NCBI GenBank assembly: GCA_036170915.1
Contig: JAVHQC010000011.1
Span: 32,001 to 96,000 of the forward strand
DNA from: Cyanobacteria bacterium auto_48_18
GTDB taxonomy: Bacteria; Cyanobacteriota; Vampirovibrionia; Obscuribacterales; Obscuribacteraceae
Reading direction: 5' to 3'
Length of the DNA stretch: 64,000 bases
A program made the translations under genes and the position numbers. The notes beneath the pieces are model-generated. The model worked only from the letters and a program-made list of their open reading frames with translations. It had not been told where the DNA came from and ran no database searches. Position 1 is the first letter of the stretch; each line of letters begins with the position of its first letter. This document shows positions 10,121-18,616 of this stretch, piece by piece.

Positions 10121-10900
10121 TTATTTGGCTGGCGGCAATGACATCAGAAAGTCAGTCACAGCTCTGATTTGCGCCGGCGAAAAAGCAGAAGGGCTCATGA
10201 TGACTTTATCTCCATGCTTTTCTTCTTCGCTAAGCGTATGAACCTCGGCAGCAGTGAGAGTATTGGCAATAAAGGCACGATCTCGACGCTGGCTTATGCC
10301 GTCGAGTCGCGAGGCAAATTGTCCGCCACCGTTTCCGATACTGTGACATGAGAGGCAGTTGCGTCTGAGAAAAAGACTTTTTCCGGCTTTAATCGATTGC
10401 GCTGTAGAGATTTGCTCTGGCTTGATTGAAGCGGTTGAATTAGCTTCAGCCACCGGGTGACTGCCAATTTTAAAGCCTCCCGCCGGTTCAGGCAGGGTTA
10501 GCAAATAACTGACTAGATTTTTAGCTTGCTCTGCCGGCACTCTTGGGTGAGCAAACAACTCACCTGTAGAGTTCAGTTTCGCGTACTCATCTACTGCTGC
10601 TCTTCCTGAAGTAATTCGTGCCAGCATGAAAGCACGCGAGCGGCGAGCACCGATGCCGTCAAATGGTGGTGCCATGCTACCCCCGTGACCTTCAAGGGAG
10701 TGGCAGGCGGCACAATTTTGTCTTGCGGCTAGTTTTTTTCCTACGGCACTGCTGGGGCTTTCTAATTCTGGTTTGAAACTACTTGACGCTAGATAGACAT
10801 TGGTTTGAGGCTCTTTGGCCTGACTATTGCTGATACTTAGCAGGCTCAAGCACATCAATAAAGCGATACTGGCAATCAAAGGGTGATTATCTTTGTTCAT
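10121..10900 (-). CDS. Exported diheme cytochrome c
   Basis: Signal peptide; CAACH and CLSCH in two homologous domains; start may be 10936. Confidence 0.85.
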   Translation of the reverse strand: MNKDNHPLIASIALLMCLSLLSISNSQAKEPQTNVYLASSSFKPELESPSSAVGKKLAARQNCAACHSLEGHGGSMAPPFDGIGARRSRAFMLARITSGRAAVDEYAKLNSTGELFAHPRVPAEQAKNLVSYLLTLPEPAGGFKIGSHPVAEANSTASIKPEQISTAQSIKAGKSLFLRRNCLSCHSIGNGGGQFASRLDGISQRRDRAFIANTLTAAEVHTLSEEEKHGDKVIMSPSAFSPAQIRAVTDFLMSLPPAK

Positions 10901-11057
10901 CAATCTTTGCCATGGGAAGATTTGCTCAATATACACCAGTCCAGTTACAAATTTGCTCTTGAGCTCGATTGAAAAAAAACCGCTCTAAAGTATGATGTGC
11001 GCCACTAACCAGGGCTGGTAAATTGCAGTAGTGACGAGCTCAAAGAGTTGACTCTAA

Positions 11058-11552
11058 ATGAAAAATTTAAATCGAAATCTAATTGTTGCCCTTGCTGTTT
11101 TAGGTATTGCAAGTATCGTTTTCTCGAATCTCTCTCAGGCTAGAAACATTGAGAACAAAGCCAGTTCAAAAGCTACTGCAGACTCTTTGTGCGTGGGCCA
11201 CTTAGCACCTGTCAACAAAAAGAAAGGCGATCAATCTGAGGCTAAGGCAGAACCGGTTAATGATGCGAAACACACCAATGGTCGCGTTGCAGAAGGTCGA
11301 ATGCTCTTCTACGATCGTGGCTGCATAGTCTGCCACACGGTGCGCAATCGAGGCGGTCGTGTGGGCCCTTCCCTTGATGGCCTGGGTAAACGACACGACC
11401 GTCAGTATGTGGCCGGTCGCATTAATGATGCAGAATTCGTAGTCAAGCTAAAAAAAGATAGCGGTGAGCATGCTGCTTATGCCATGCCGCCTTCGGGGCT
11501 GACCAAGTCGCAGGCAGACTCATTAGCTGATTACATTATGACTTTACCCTAA
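11058..11552 (+). CDS. Exported monoheme cytochrome c
   Basis: Signal peptide, CIVCH, GPSLDG and a distal MP motif. Confidence 0.87.
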   Translation: MKNLNRNLIVALAVLGIASIVFSNLSQARNIENKASSKATADSLCVGHLAPVNKKKGDQSEAKAEPVNDAKHTNGRVAEGRMLFYDRGCIVCHTVRNRGGRVGPSLDGLGKRHDRQYVAGRINDAEFVVKLKKDSGEHAAYAMPPSGLTKSQADSLADYIMTLP

Positions 11553-11554
11553 CA

Positions 11555-12490
11555 TCACCTGACGTCGGCATGTTCCAGCTTTTCTGCGCCTGTTTCGCTG
11601 TGGTTCTTATATTCAAGATATTCCTCTGGCATGAGTAACATCGAGGAAGCAGTCAGGCAATGAACAAATGCCGAAGCATTGACGTCCAGCAGACTGACTC
11701 GCGCACCGGCAATCGCTCGTGTTGGTACTACTGGCAGAGTCGTGTCATAAGAGTCAGATGCAGCCTGCGATACTGAAAGATCGTCCAGCGAACTCAAGTT
11801 TATCTCAAGGTCTTTGGTCCTGGGATTAGCCTCCCTGAGCTGACAGATAATGTCCTCTGTGGATTTCGCTCGATTGTCAGTACCAAGGCAAACAATTATT
11901 GGCTTCAAATCCAGTAGCTCAGCAAAGTCAAGACAAGCGTCAATATATTTTTCGTTTAGATGTTCTAGTGAGACTAAAATTGACATTGTATTCCAGCTTT
12001 GACCATTGTCTTGAACAACCAAGAGTGGAACTGGACAGCTGTGAGTCAGGGCCTCAGCAAAAGAAGTACGCTCGACACTTTTGTGACTCTGTTGTTTGGC
12101 AGTTATTGAAAGGGGGGCCTTATGGTGGTGACCAACAACCACCAGGTCGTGGGCTTTAGCGCGCTCGCACACTGCAGTTACCGGATCACCTTTTTCGAGG
12201 ACAAAACTGGAGGTGACACCATATTTGGCGGCTTCATTCAAATATCGATTTTGCAATTGCTGGCCAATTGCCCAGAGAGATTTACTCAAATAATCATAGA
12301 CAGACTTGTACTCTTTAGATGAAACAAAGCCCTCGGGCTCTCTTATGACAAATTCTCTAGCGCCTTCAGTATCAACTACATGATGAGCTACAACACTTGC
12401 ATCGGCTGCATTGGCCAGCCGAAAACACAGATTTGCAGCATGAACTGCATAAATTGATCCGTCCAGAGACAGCAATATAGACCGGTTCAT
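11555..12490 (-). CDS. Universal stress protein (USP domain plus divergent second half)
   Basis: SILLSLDGS, GDPVTAV, DLVVVG and CPVPLLVV motifs; start set at MNRSILL. Confidence 0.8.
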   Translation of the reverse strand: MNRSILLSLDGSIYAVHAANLCFRLANAADASVVAHHVVDTEGAREFVIREPEGFVSSKEYKSVYDYLSKSLWAIGQQLQNRYLNEAAKYGVTSSFVLEKGDPVTAVCERAKAHDLVVVGHHHKAPLSITAKQQSHKSVERTSFAEALTHSCPVPLLVVQDNGQSWNTMSILVSLEHLNEKYIDACLDFAELLDLKPIIVCLGTDNRAKSTEDIICQLREANPRTKDLEINLSSLDDLSVSQAASDSYDTTLPVVPTRAIAGARVSLLDVNASAFVHCLTASSMLLMPEEYLEYKNHSETGAEKLEHADVR

Positions 12491-12594
12491 TTTCAACCTT
12501 CTCCACCGTTGGCAAGTATAATTAACCGTACAAGCAAAGGACAACTCATCTGCTGCACCAGCATTATTATGCAGCTTACTTTTCAAGCTTAATA

Positions 12595-12610
12595 TCGACC
12601 TAAAGGTTGA
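12595..12610. promoter_or_regulatory. Putative NarL-family regulator box
   Basis: TCGACC-TAAA-GGTTGA near-perfect palindrome between divergent USP genes; related boxes recur across the island. Confidence 0.55.
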
Positions 12611-12713
12611 ATCTTTAGAGAAGAATGCCGATTTGTTTGATGCTTAAGGTGGATGGCGTTTGCAGATAAATGATGGAAAATACAGTGAACGCACAGGTTT
12701 AAGGAGCGATGGA

Positions 12714-13229
12714 ATGAAAGTATTGATTGCAGTGGACGATTCACTTTGTTCACACGAGGCAGTAAGCGTTGTGGCTAATCGACCCTGGGCTGATGGCACG
12801 CAGTTTAAAATTGTTCACGTGGTAGAGCCCATTGCCGCACAATATGGGCTGGTTGCTCCTGAGGCTGTTAGTCTAATGCTAGAGGCCGAGAAAAAGCTTA
12901 AGGCGTATGGTGTCAAATTTACAACCGACATCGGCGACTATCTCAAAGAAATCTTCGGCGACCAACAAGTGAGCTCAGTCGTTATTGGTGGCTATATTGC
13001 CGACTCAATTATTGAGCTGGCAAGAGATTGGCATGCTGATGTGATAGTAGTCGGCTCACATGGTCGTACTGGTTTGGACAAAATTTTGCTCGGTAGCGTT
13101 GCCGAAAAAATCGTCAACCGCTCACATTGTTCTGTTGAAGTGATCAAAATGAAAATCAAAAAAAATGATGACACATCTTCTAAAGATGACGGAAGTAATG
13201 CACTCGCAAAACAAAAACAAGCCGTATAG
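12714..13229 (+). CDS. Universal stress protein
   Basis: MKVLIAVDDS and VVGSHGRTG...LGSVAE motifs; AAGGAG SD at 12701. Confidence 0.93.
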   Translation: MKVLIAVDDSLCSHEAVSVVANRPWADGTQFKIVHVVEPIAAQYGLVAPEAVSLMLEAEKKLKAYGVKFTTDIGDYLKEIFGDQQVSSVVIGGYIADSIIELARDWHADVIVVGSHGRTGLDKILLGSVAEKIVNRSHCSVEVIKMKIKKNDDTSSKDDGSNALAKQKQAV

Positions 13230-13255
13230 TCGCATTCATTCATTCAGGTGAAAAA

Positions 13256-13714
13256 ATGAAAGTAATAATTGCCGTCGACCAAACAGATAACTGGAAGCAA
13301 ATTATTGAAGCTACAGTTAAACGCTCATGGCCGTCAGATACCATTTTTAGAATTCTTACTGTGGTCGAGCCTGGTGCTGATGCTCTGGACAAAACAAAAA
13401 CGCATCAAGCACATACTGCCGATAGGGTGGTGCATGAAGCACGGGCACTAATGTTTGAGCATTTGCCCGGATGCACTGTTTATAGCGAAGTACGAAAGGG
13501 CAAAGCCGCCGATGAATTAGTCACTGTTGCCGCCAATTGGATGGTTGACAAAATCATATTGGGAACCCATGGTCGCAAGGCAAATCGCCTGATACCAGCG
13601 ACGGTGCCGCAGCTTGTCAGTCAAAATTCTTGTTGCTCAGTTGACCTTGTTAAATTAACACCAGTAAAAGCTTCTGTGGGCGAATCATCACTAACCCAGG
13701 CCACTGCTCAATAG
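13256..13714 (+). CDS. Universal stress protein
   Basis: MKVIIAVD, ILGTHGR and CSVDLV motifs. Confidence 0.85.
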   Translation: MKVIIAVDQTDNWKQIIEATVKRSWPSDTIFRILTVVEPGADALDKTKTHQAHTADRVVHEARALMFEHLPGCTVYSEVRKGKAADELVTVAANWMVDKIILGTHGRKANRLIPATVPQLVSQNSCCSVDLVKLTPVKASVGESSLTQATAQ

Positions 13715-13742
13715 AGCACCACCTTTTAGACAAGGAAATACA

Positions 13743-14534
13743 ATGACAGGCACCCACTGCAATAAGTTAACACTGGCCAAGACTCATATTCAAGTTGCCC
13801 GCATGGCATATAGCGCCGGAGAATATACCGCCGCCTTCAAAAATTTGAATACGGCTGAGCGTGAACTGGAGGAACATGATCTTTCTGTGGACGACTTAAC
13901 GCTTTTTGATCTGAGAAAATTCTTTGGCAAAGTGCGTGTTGCACTCGGCATGTTCGGTCAAGCGGAGGGTGATTTTCAGCGGGCGCTCGACCTGGCCAGG
14001 ACCTCTTCTGAAATTCCCGAAAAAAGTTTGTTTTCCATAAAGCGTCATCTGGCCGATTGCATTCGTTTGAGAAGCCGATTCGACCAAGCTGAGTCTATTT
14101 ACCGTGAACTTATAGGCGCTTTAGAAGATAAAGAACCGCCAATAGGCAATCAACTTGCTAAATCATACATGGGTCTTGCAACTGTGCTTATAGATAGTGG
14201 TAAGACAGGGGAAGCGCGACCCTTTATCGACAAAGCCATTCAATTAATTGAAGACGGACCAGGCCGCAAGTGTTTTTGGTATGGCAGAGCACTGATTGTT
14301 AAAGCACGGTTGTGCTGTGCTATTGGTCAGAAGCTGGAGGCACATGAGCTATTTCAACACGCACTGTCTATCGTCGAACCATTAATTGGCGCAGAACACC
14401 CGCTGGCGCGCTTGCTTGAGCGAAAGAAGAGCGAGCCTGTTCACCTGATTTTTGCAGAATTGAAAAACATAGAAAAACAGCTAAAAGACCACCAGCTAGA
14501 TAGTGAACATTCAATTTCAGGCAGTCTGCTTTAA
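13743..14534 (+). CDS. Tetratricopeptide repeat protein
   Basis: Repeated LA/LG...A...Y/F..AL helical pairs; GAEHP kinesin-light-chain-type motif. Confidence 0.75.
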   Translation: MTGTHCNKLTLAKTHIQVARMAYSAGEYTAAFKNLNTAERELEEHDLSVDDLTLFDLRKFFGKVRVALGMFGQAEGDFQRALDLARTSSEIPEKSLFSIKRHLADCIRLRSRFDQAESIYRELIGALEDKEPPIGNQLAKSYMGLATVLIDSGKTGEARPFIDKAIQLIEDGPGRKCFWYGRALIVKARLCCAIGQKLEAHELFQHALSIVEPLIGAEHPLARLLERKKSEPVHLIFAELKNIEKQLKDHQLDSEHSISGSLL

Positions 14535-14966
14535 CGAAACCAAAATCACTGAACAGGGCCCCTCGTTAACAATGGCTCGAGCAATGCTACCAAGGGTAAA
14601 TTTGTTTGCTCCGCGACGGCCATGAGCGGCTACAGCTATAGAATCTGCCGACCATCTCTTTGCATTTTCAACAATAGTGTCAACGACAAAGCCGTTTTGT
14701 ACCTCTGCTGTTACTACTGACTGAGGAAAAATCGAGCGCAGCATTTCTGCCGTTTCGTGCACAACCTTCTCTCCATCTGCAAACGCTTTTTGTTTAATTT
14801 CATCGAGCATTGGTCCAGGAAGGATGCTCATGTAGCTCCCCACCGTCAAAGGCTCAACTACGTGTAGAACCTTCAGTTCGTCGCCTTCGGCTAGCTTAAA
14901 GCCGCGCAAATAGTCAACTATATTTTGACTCGAACCACTCTGATCAATGGCAACTAATATTTTCAT
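14517..14966 (-). CDS. Universal stress protein
   Basis: MKILVAIDQS and AAHGRRG...LGSIA motifs. Confidence 0.9.
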   Translation of the reverse strand: MKILVAIDQSGSSQNIVDYLRGFKLAEGDELKVLHVVEPLTVGSYMSILPGPMLDEIKQKAFADGEKVVHETAEMLRSIFPQSVVTAEVQNGFVVDTIVENAKRWSADSIAVAAHGRRGANKFTLGSIARAIVNEGPCSVILVSLKQTA

Positions 14967-15057
14967 GGCTTTTCCTCTTTTCTGATTATCTACTAGCGCC
15001 AGCCTTCTAGCTTCCATCGCATAGCCTATCTTAAGTAGGCCGCGATGAGAACAGTTT

Positions 15058-15077
15058 AGTCATTCTAAAGGATGACT
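15058..15077. promoter_or_regulatory. Putative NarL-family regulator box
   Basis: AGTCATTC-TAAA-GGATGACT (7 of 8 positions palindromic) between the divergent USP and globin genes. Confidence 0.55.
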
Positions 15078-15180
15078 GTAATCTAAAATTCATACTCGAT
15101 CAGGATGTGCAAACCGGGATTAATTGTGAACATAGGAGGATAGAAAACAGCTTGCACTGCCATAGGAAACGGTTAAGAGA

Positions 15181-15702
15181 ATGGCTCTAAATGTAGCACT
15201 CCTAACAGAAAGTTTTGAGCGCGCCAAACGTGAGAGCGGTGGTACAACCAGTCTGGGCATGAGCTTTTACAAAAGGCTTTTTGAGAAATACCCATCTGTA
15301 AAACCATTATTTACGAAGCCTCCGGAAGTTCAGCACAAAATGTTGATGTCTGCTCTGGCCACAATTGTTGCCCAGGCAGATCAATCAGATCAGCTCGTTC
15401 CTTATCTTCATGCGCTTGGTATTCGGCATCTTTTATATAAAACCGAAAATGCTCATTATTCAGCTGTGGCCGAGAATCTTCTTGCTGTTCTGCGCGAGCA
15501 TTTAAGCAAGGAAGGTGAATGGACCGACGCCATGCAAGAAACGTGGACAGCCGCGATTGCCTTGATTGTCAAAGTGATGATGGAAGCGTCGAATAATCCT
15601 GAAGCATACGCCGAAGAATTGGCAAATCATGGCTATGGTCCAAACGGATTGGTAATTCAGAAATGTGGTGTATCAACTGATGGCAGACCTGAAGTTTCCT
15701 AA
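15181..15702 (+). CDS. Single-domain globin (Vgb/flavohemoglobin globin-like)
   Basis: FY (B10 Tyr), PLF (CD1 Phe), Gln at E7, LGIRH proximal His, HY..V motif; no reductase domain. Confidence 0.9.
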   Translation: MALNVALLTESFERAKRESGGTTSLGMSFYKRLFEKYPSVKPLFTKPPEVQHKMLMSALATIVAQADQSDQLVPYLHALGIRHLLYKTENAHYSAVAENLLAVLREHLSKEGEWTDAMQETWTAAIALIVKVMMEASNNPEAYAEELANHGYGPNGLVIQKCGVSTDGRPEVS

Positions 15703-16102
15703 TGTGCGACTTCAGCTTCATGATCTGATCGCTAAAGATAAACATTCGCCACCATATGCAATGGCACACCTGGCCGTACTTTCTGGTCTCATTCCAGAGC
15801 ATGCATTAAAAGCTATTGTCGCGGTTGAGCCGCTGGACATGTGCCTCTGCATGGCATCTGCCGAACAAATTATTGAAGAGTACTTAAGAAACTTACCAGC
15901 GAAGACTAACTTCCCCTCAATCAAGGCATCTCACATTGGTTGCAGTTTGGCTAAAGCAGCTGAAACGCATATTAAAAGCACCACAAGCGATAACTTTCTA
16001 TCTGCTGGTATGAACCTGCCCAGCCACGATTGTCATCGCTTTGCTCCCATACTTTTTGATCTTATGCTTCAACAATTGATGCGTTATCCGGGCCTTGAGT
16101 AA
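15665..16102 (+). CDS. Hypothetical protein
   Basis: 145-aa ORF filling the gap; overlaps both neighbours by about 40 bp; no motif recognised. Confidence 0.35.
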   Translation: MVYQLMADLKFPNVRLQLHDLIAKDKHSPPYAMAHLAVLSGLIPEHALKAIVAVEPLDMCLCMASAEQIIEEYLRNLPAKTNFPSIKASHIGCSLAKAAETHIKSTTSDNFLSAGMNLPSHDCHRFAPILFDLMLQQLMRYPGLE

Positions 16103-17714
16103 GAAGTTTAAAACTAAATGTCGCCCCAGGGCCTGGGCTATCACGGCACCAGATTCTACCGCCGTGTCCTTCAATAATGCGCCGACAAAGGTAAAGCCCT
16201 AACCCGGTACTAGCATAGTAACGACCCGTCGAACCAGCTTGCCAAAATCGCTGAAATAATTTTGGCCGATTTTCCTCTGGTATACCCTTCCCTGTATCAC
16301 TGATACTAAATGTAGTGTACTGATCATCTTGTTTCAAACTAACTTCAACCGAGCCGCCGTCAGGTGTAAACTTCAATGAGTTGTCAATCAGATTCTGAAT
16401 TACCCGACGAATTTCCTCCTGATCGCAGCGAACTTCTTGCGATGCTTCTGGTAGTTTTGCGCTCAATGTCACGCCCTTCTCTTTAGCGAGGGGCATAATC
16501 TCGCTGAGCAATTTTGTGATTAGTTTGACTAAATCGCATTTCTGCAGGTGAAATTCTTTAACGCCGCTATCGAAACGATAAACATCGAGAAGGGTTTGAA
16601 CAAGGCTGTAAAGAGCAGTATTGCTCTGCAAAATTGTCTCTAGCACAACTGTCTGTGATTCGGGTATGGGCCCGAAGTCGCCGTCGAGCATGAAACGCAC
16701 CGCTCTATTGGTGGCGGATACTGGCGTCTTTAGATCGTGGGTTAAGGTAGCAACAAAATCTTCGCGCTGCTGTTGCAGCAAAACGCTGGCGGTCGTATTG
16801 GTAAACATGGCCACCAGGCCCGTCATATTGCCGTCATTGTCTTTAACTGGCCATGCAAGCCAGTCCCAATAATTATTATCGCCACTACCTTTTTTTGAAA
16901 GTTTTAGCGGGTCACCAGTATGCTTGATAAACTGGCCGCCCTTTAGTACTGCTTCAAAAAGTTGAGGGGTCAAGGCCGGTGCAAATTCGAAAAGAGGCTT
17001 AGCGACTAGATCAGCACGGCTGCCACCATCAACTTGTTCGACAAACTTGTCGTTGCATTCGAGACAAATCATGTCGCGGTTTAAGCTGATAATGCCCACA
17101 GGAGAATTTTCTAGAATAGACTTGGTTACTCGCCTCTCTGTTTCTAACTCGCGAATTGAATCTGTGTGATATCTCAAGGCAGCTTCTTTAGCGGAGATGT
17201 AGCAATCTATTGCCAGGCCCATATCTAAAAACACCAATTTCATCAGTGCTGAAATAGCCTTACACAGCTTGTCCGAGTCACCTTCATATTTGCCTATTAC
17301 TTTTGGTAAAAACCATCCTAAAACCCGATTATAGGCGCCGATATACCACTTGGGGTCAAGCTCGATGCGATGATGCGTGGCACCAACCCTCAATCTATCA
17401 TTGGCATAATCGGTGCCGTAATTTCCTTTGGTTAGCCTGACAAAATAGTCTTTTTGAGCTGCTTGAGCCCTTTTTAGGATTTGTTCATTGGGAAAATAGC
17501 TACGTGTCTCTTCAAAGGTTAGAAAATGCGCATACATTGACTCGATCAATTCATCAATATGATCAGTAACCAGCTTGTCAAGCTCGAGTTCAATCATCTC
17601 TTCGTCGCTAGCCGAAAATTCTAGCCAACGTTTGCGCAGCTCAACTTCTTCAGCGTTTAGCGTCAATGCCGAGGAAGGCCTGTCGGGCTCTCTCTTCAAT
17701 TCAAACTTCCCCAT
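16062..17714 (-). CDS. Globin-coupled sensor histidine kinase (sensor globin-PAS-HisKA-HATPase)
   Basis: HemAT-like N-terminus (MYAHF, RVGATHHRIELDPKWYIGAY); PAS; THDLKTP H-box; NLIDNSLKF, DTGKGI and GLGL boxes. Confidence 0.9.
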   Translation of the reverse strand: MGKFELKREPDRPSSALTLNAEEVELRKRWLEFSASDEEMIELELDKLVTDHIDELIESMYAHFLTFEETRSYFPNEQILKRAQAAQKDYFVRLTKGNYGTDYANDRLRVGATHHRIELDPKWYIGAYNRVLGWFLPKVIGKYEGDSDKLCKAISALMKLVFLDMGLAIDCYISAKEAALRYHTDSIRELETERRVTKSILENSPVGIISLNRDMICLECNDKFVEQVDGGSRADLVAKPLFEFAPALTPQLFEAVLKGGQFIKHTGDPLKLSKKGSGDNNYWDWLAWPVKDNDGNMTGLVAMFTNTTASVLLQQQREDFVATLTHDLKTPVSATNRAVRFMLDGDFGPIPESQTVVLETILQSNTALYSLVQTLLDVYRFDSGVKEFHLQKCDLVKLITKLLSEIMPLAKEKGVTLSAKLPEASQEVRCDQEEIRRVIQNLIDNSLKFTPDGGSVEVSLKQDDQYTTFSISDTGKGIPEENRPKLFQRFWQAGSTGRYYASTGLGLYLCRRIIEGHGGRIWCRDSPGPGATFSFKLLTQGPDNASIVEA

Positions 17715-17758
17715 CTTATTGGCAGGCTATAATTATGACTCTTCGGTAAAGGCTCATT

Positions 17759-18499
17759 ATGTCTGACCAAACACCTTCTGCGACTGTTAACTCCATAAAT
17801 GTATTGCTGGTTGAAGATCATGTTCTGACGAGATTGGGTCTCAGAGCTGCTTTGCAGAGAACTCAAGATATCCATGTAGTTGGTGAAGCCTCTAATGGAG
17901 AGGAAGCGATCGGCCTGGCCGAGTCATTGCAACCGCATGTCATTCTTATGGATGTTGGTATGCCGGTGATGGATGGCATTCAAGCGGCTGCGAAAATCAT
18001 CGGACGACAACCGGCTATTAAAATTATCATGCTCACGCAGCATGATAATGAGTCAGACATTATGGCTTCTCTAGGTGCAGGTGCCAGTGGCTATTGCCTG
18101 AAAGATGTGGAGCCTGAGAGGCTATACATGGCTATTCGGTCGGTTAATGCTGGTGATGCGTGGCTCGACGCGGCCATAGCGAGCAAGGTGCTGAGACATT
18201 ATTCACCAGTGGTGGCACCAACTAAAGTTAAAACGACTGCCCCAGAAGCAAAGTCTGCGCCCAACCACGTAGATGAAAGTAGTGCTGATATCGACCGCCC
18301 CGCACCAGATGCTCTTTCTCCTCGAGAACTAGAGGTGATGAAGCTGATTGTTGATGGTCTCTCCAATCAAGAAATCAGTGACAAGTTATTTGTCTCACTG
18401 GCCACGACCAAAACCCACGTGCGCAATATTCTCAACAAGCTGGCTGTGGACGATCGTACGCAGGCAGCTGTGCATGCGATGCGTCGTGGGCTGGTTTAA
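17759..18499 (+). CDS. NarL/FixJ-family response regulator (REC plus LuxR HTH)
   Basis: VEDH, LMDVGMP, GYCLK; LSPRELEV...GLSNQEI...KTHVRNILNKL. Confidence 0.95.
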   Translation: MSDQTPSATVNSINVLLVEDHVLTRLGLRAALQRTQDIHVVGEASNGEEAIGLAESLQPHVILMDVGMPVMDGIQAAAKIIGRQPAIKIIMLTQHDNESDIMASLGAGASGYCLKDVEPERLYMAIRSVNAGDAWLDAAIASKVLRHYSPVVAPTKVKTTAPEAKSAPNHVDESSADIDRPAPDALSPRELEVMKLIVDGLSNQEISDKLFVSLATTKTHVRNILNKLAVDDRTQAAVHAMRRGLV

Positions 18500-18616
18500 C
18501 AGCAAGCTCGAGCTATGCACCGTAAGGCTGATTTGCTTCGACTAGTCCTAACGGATGGCGAGAGCAACAGTTAACGCTGCTATGGTAATCATGTCGACCG
18601 ATTAACAGGACATATC

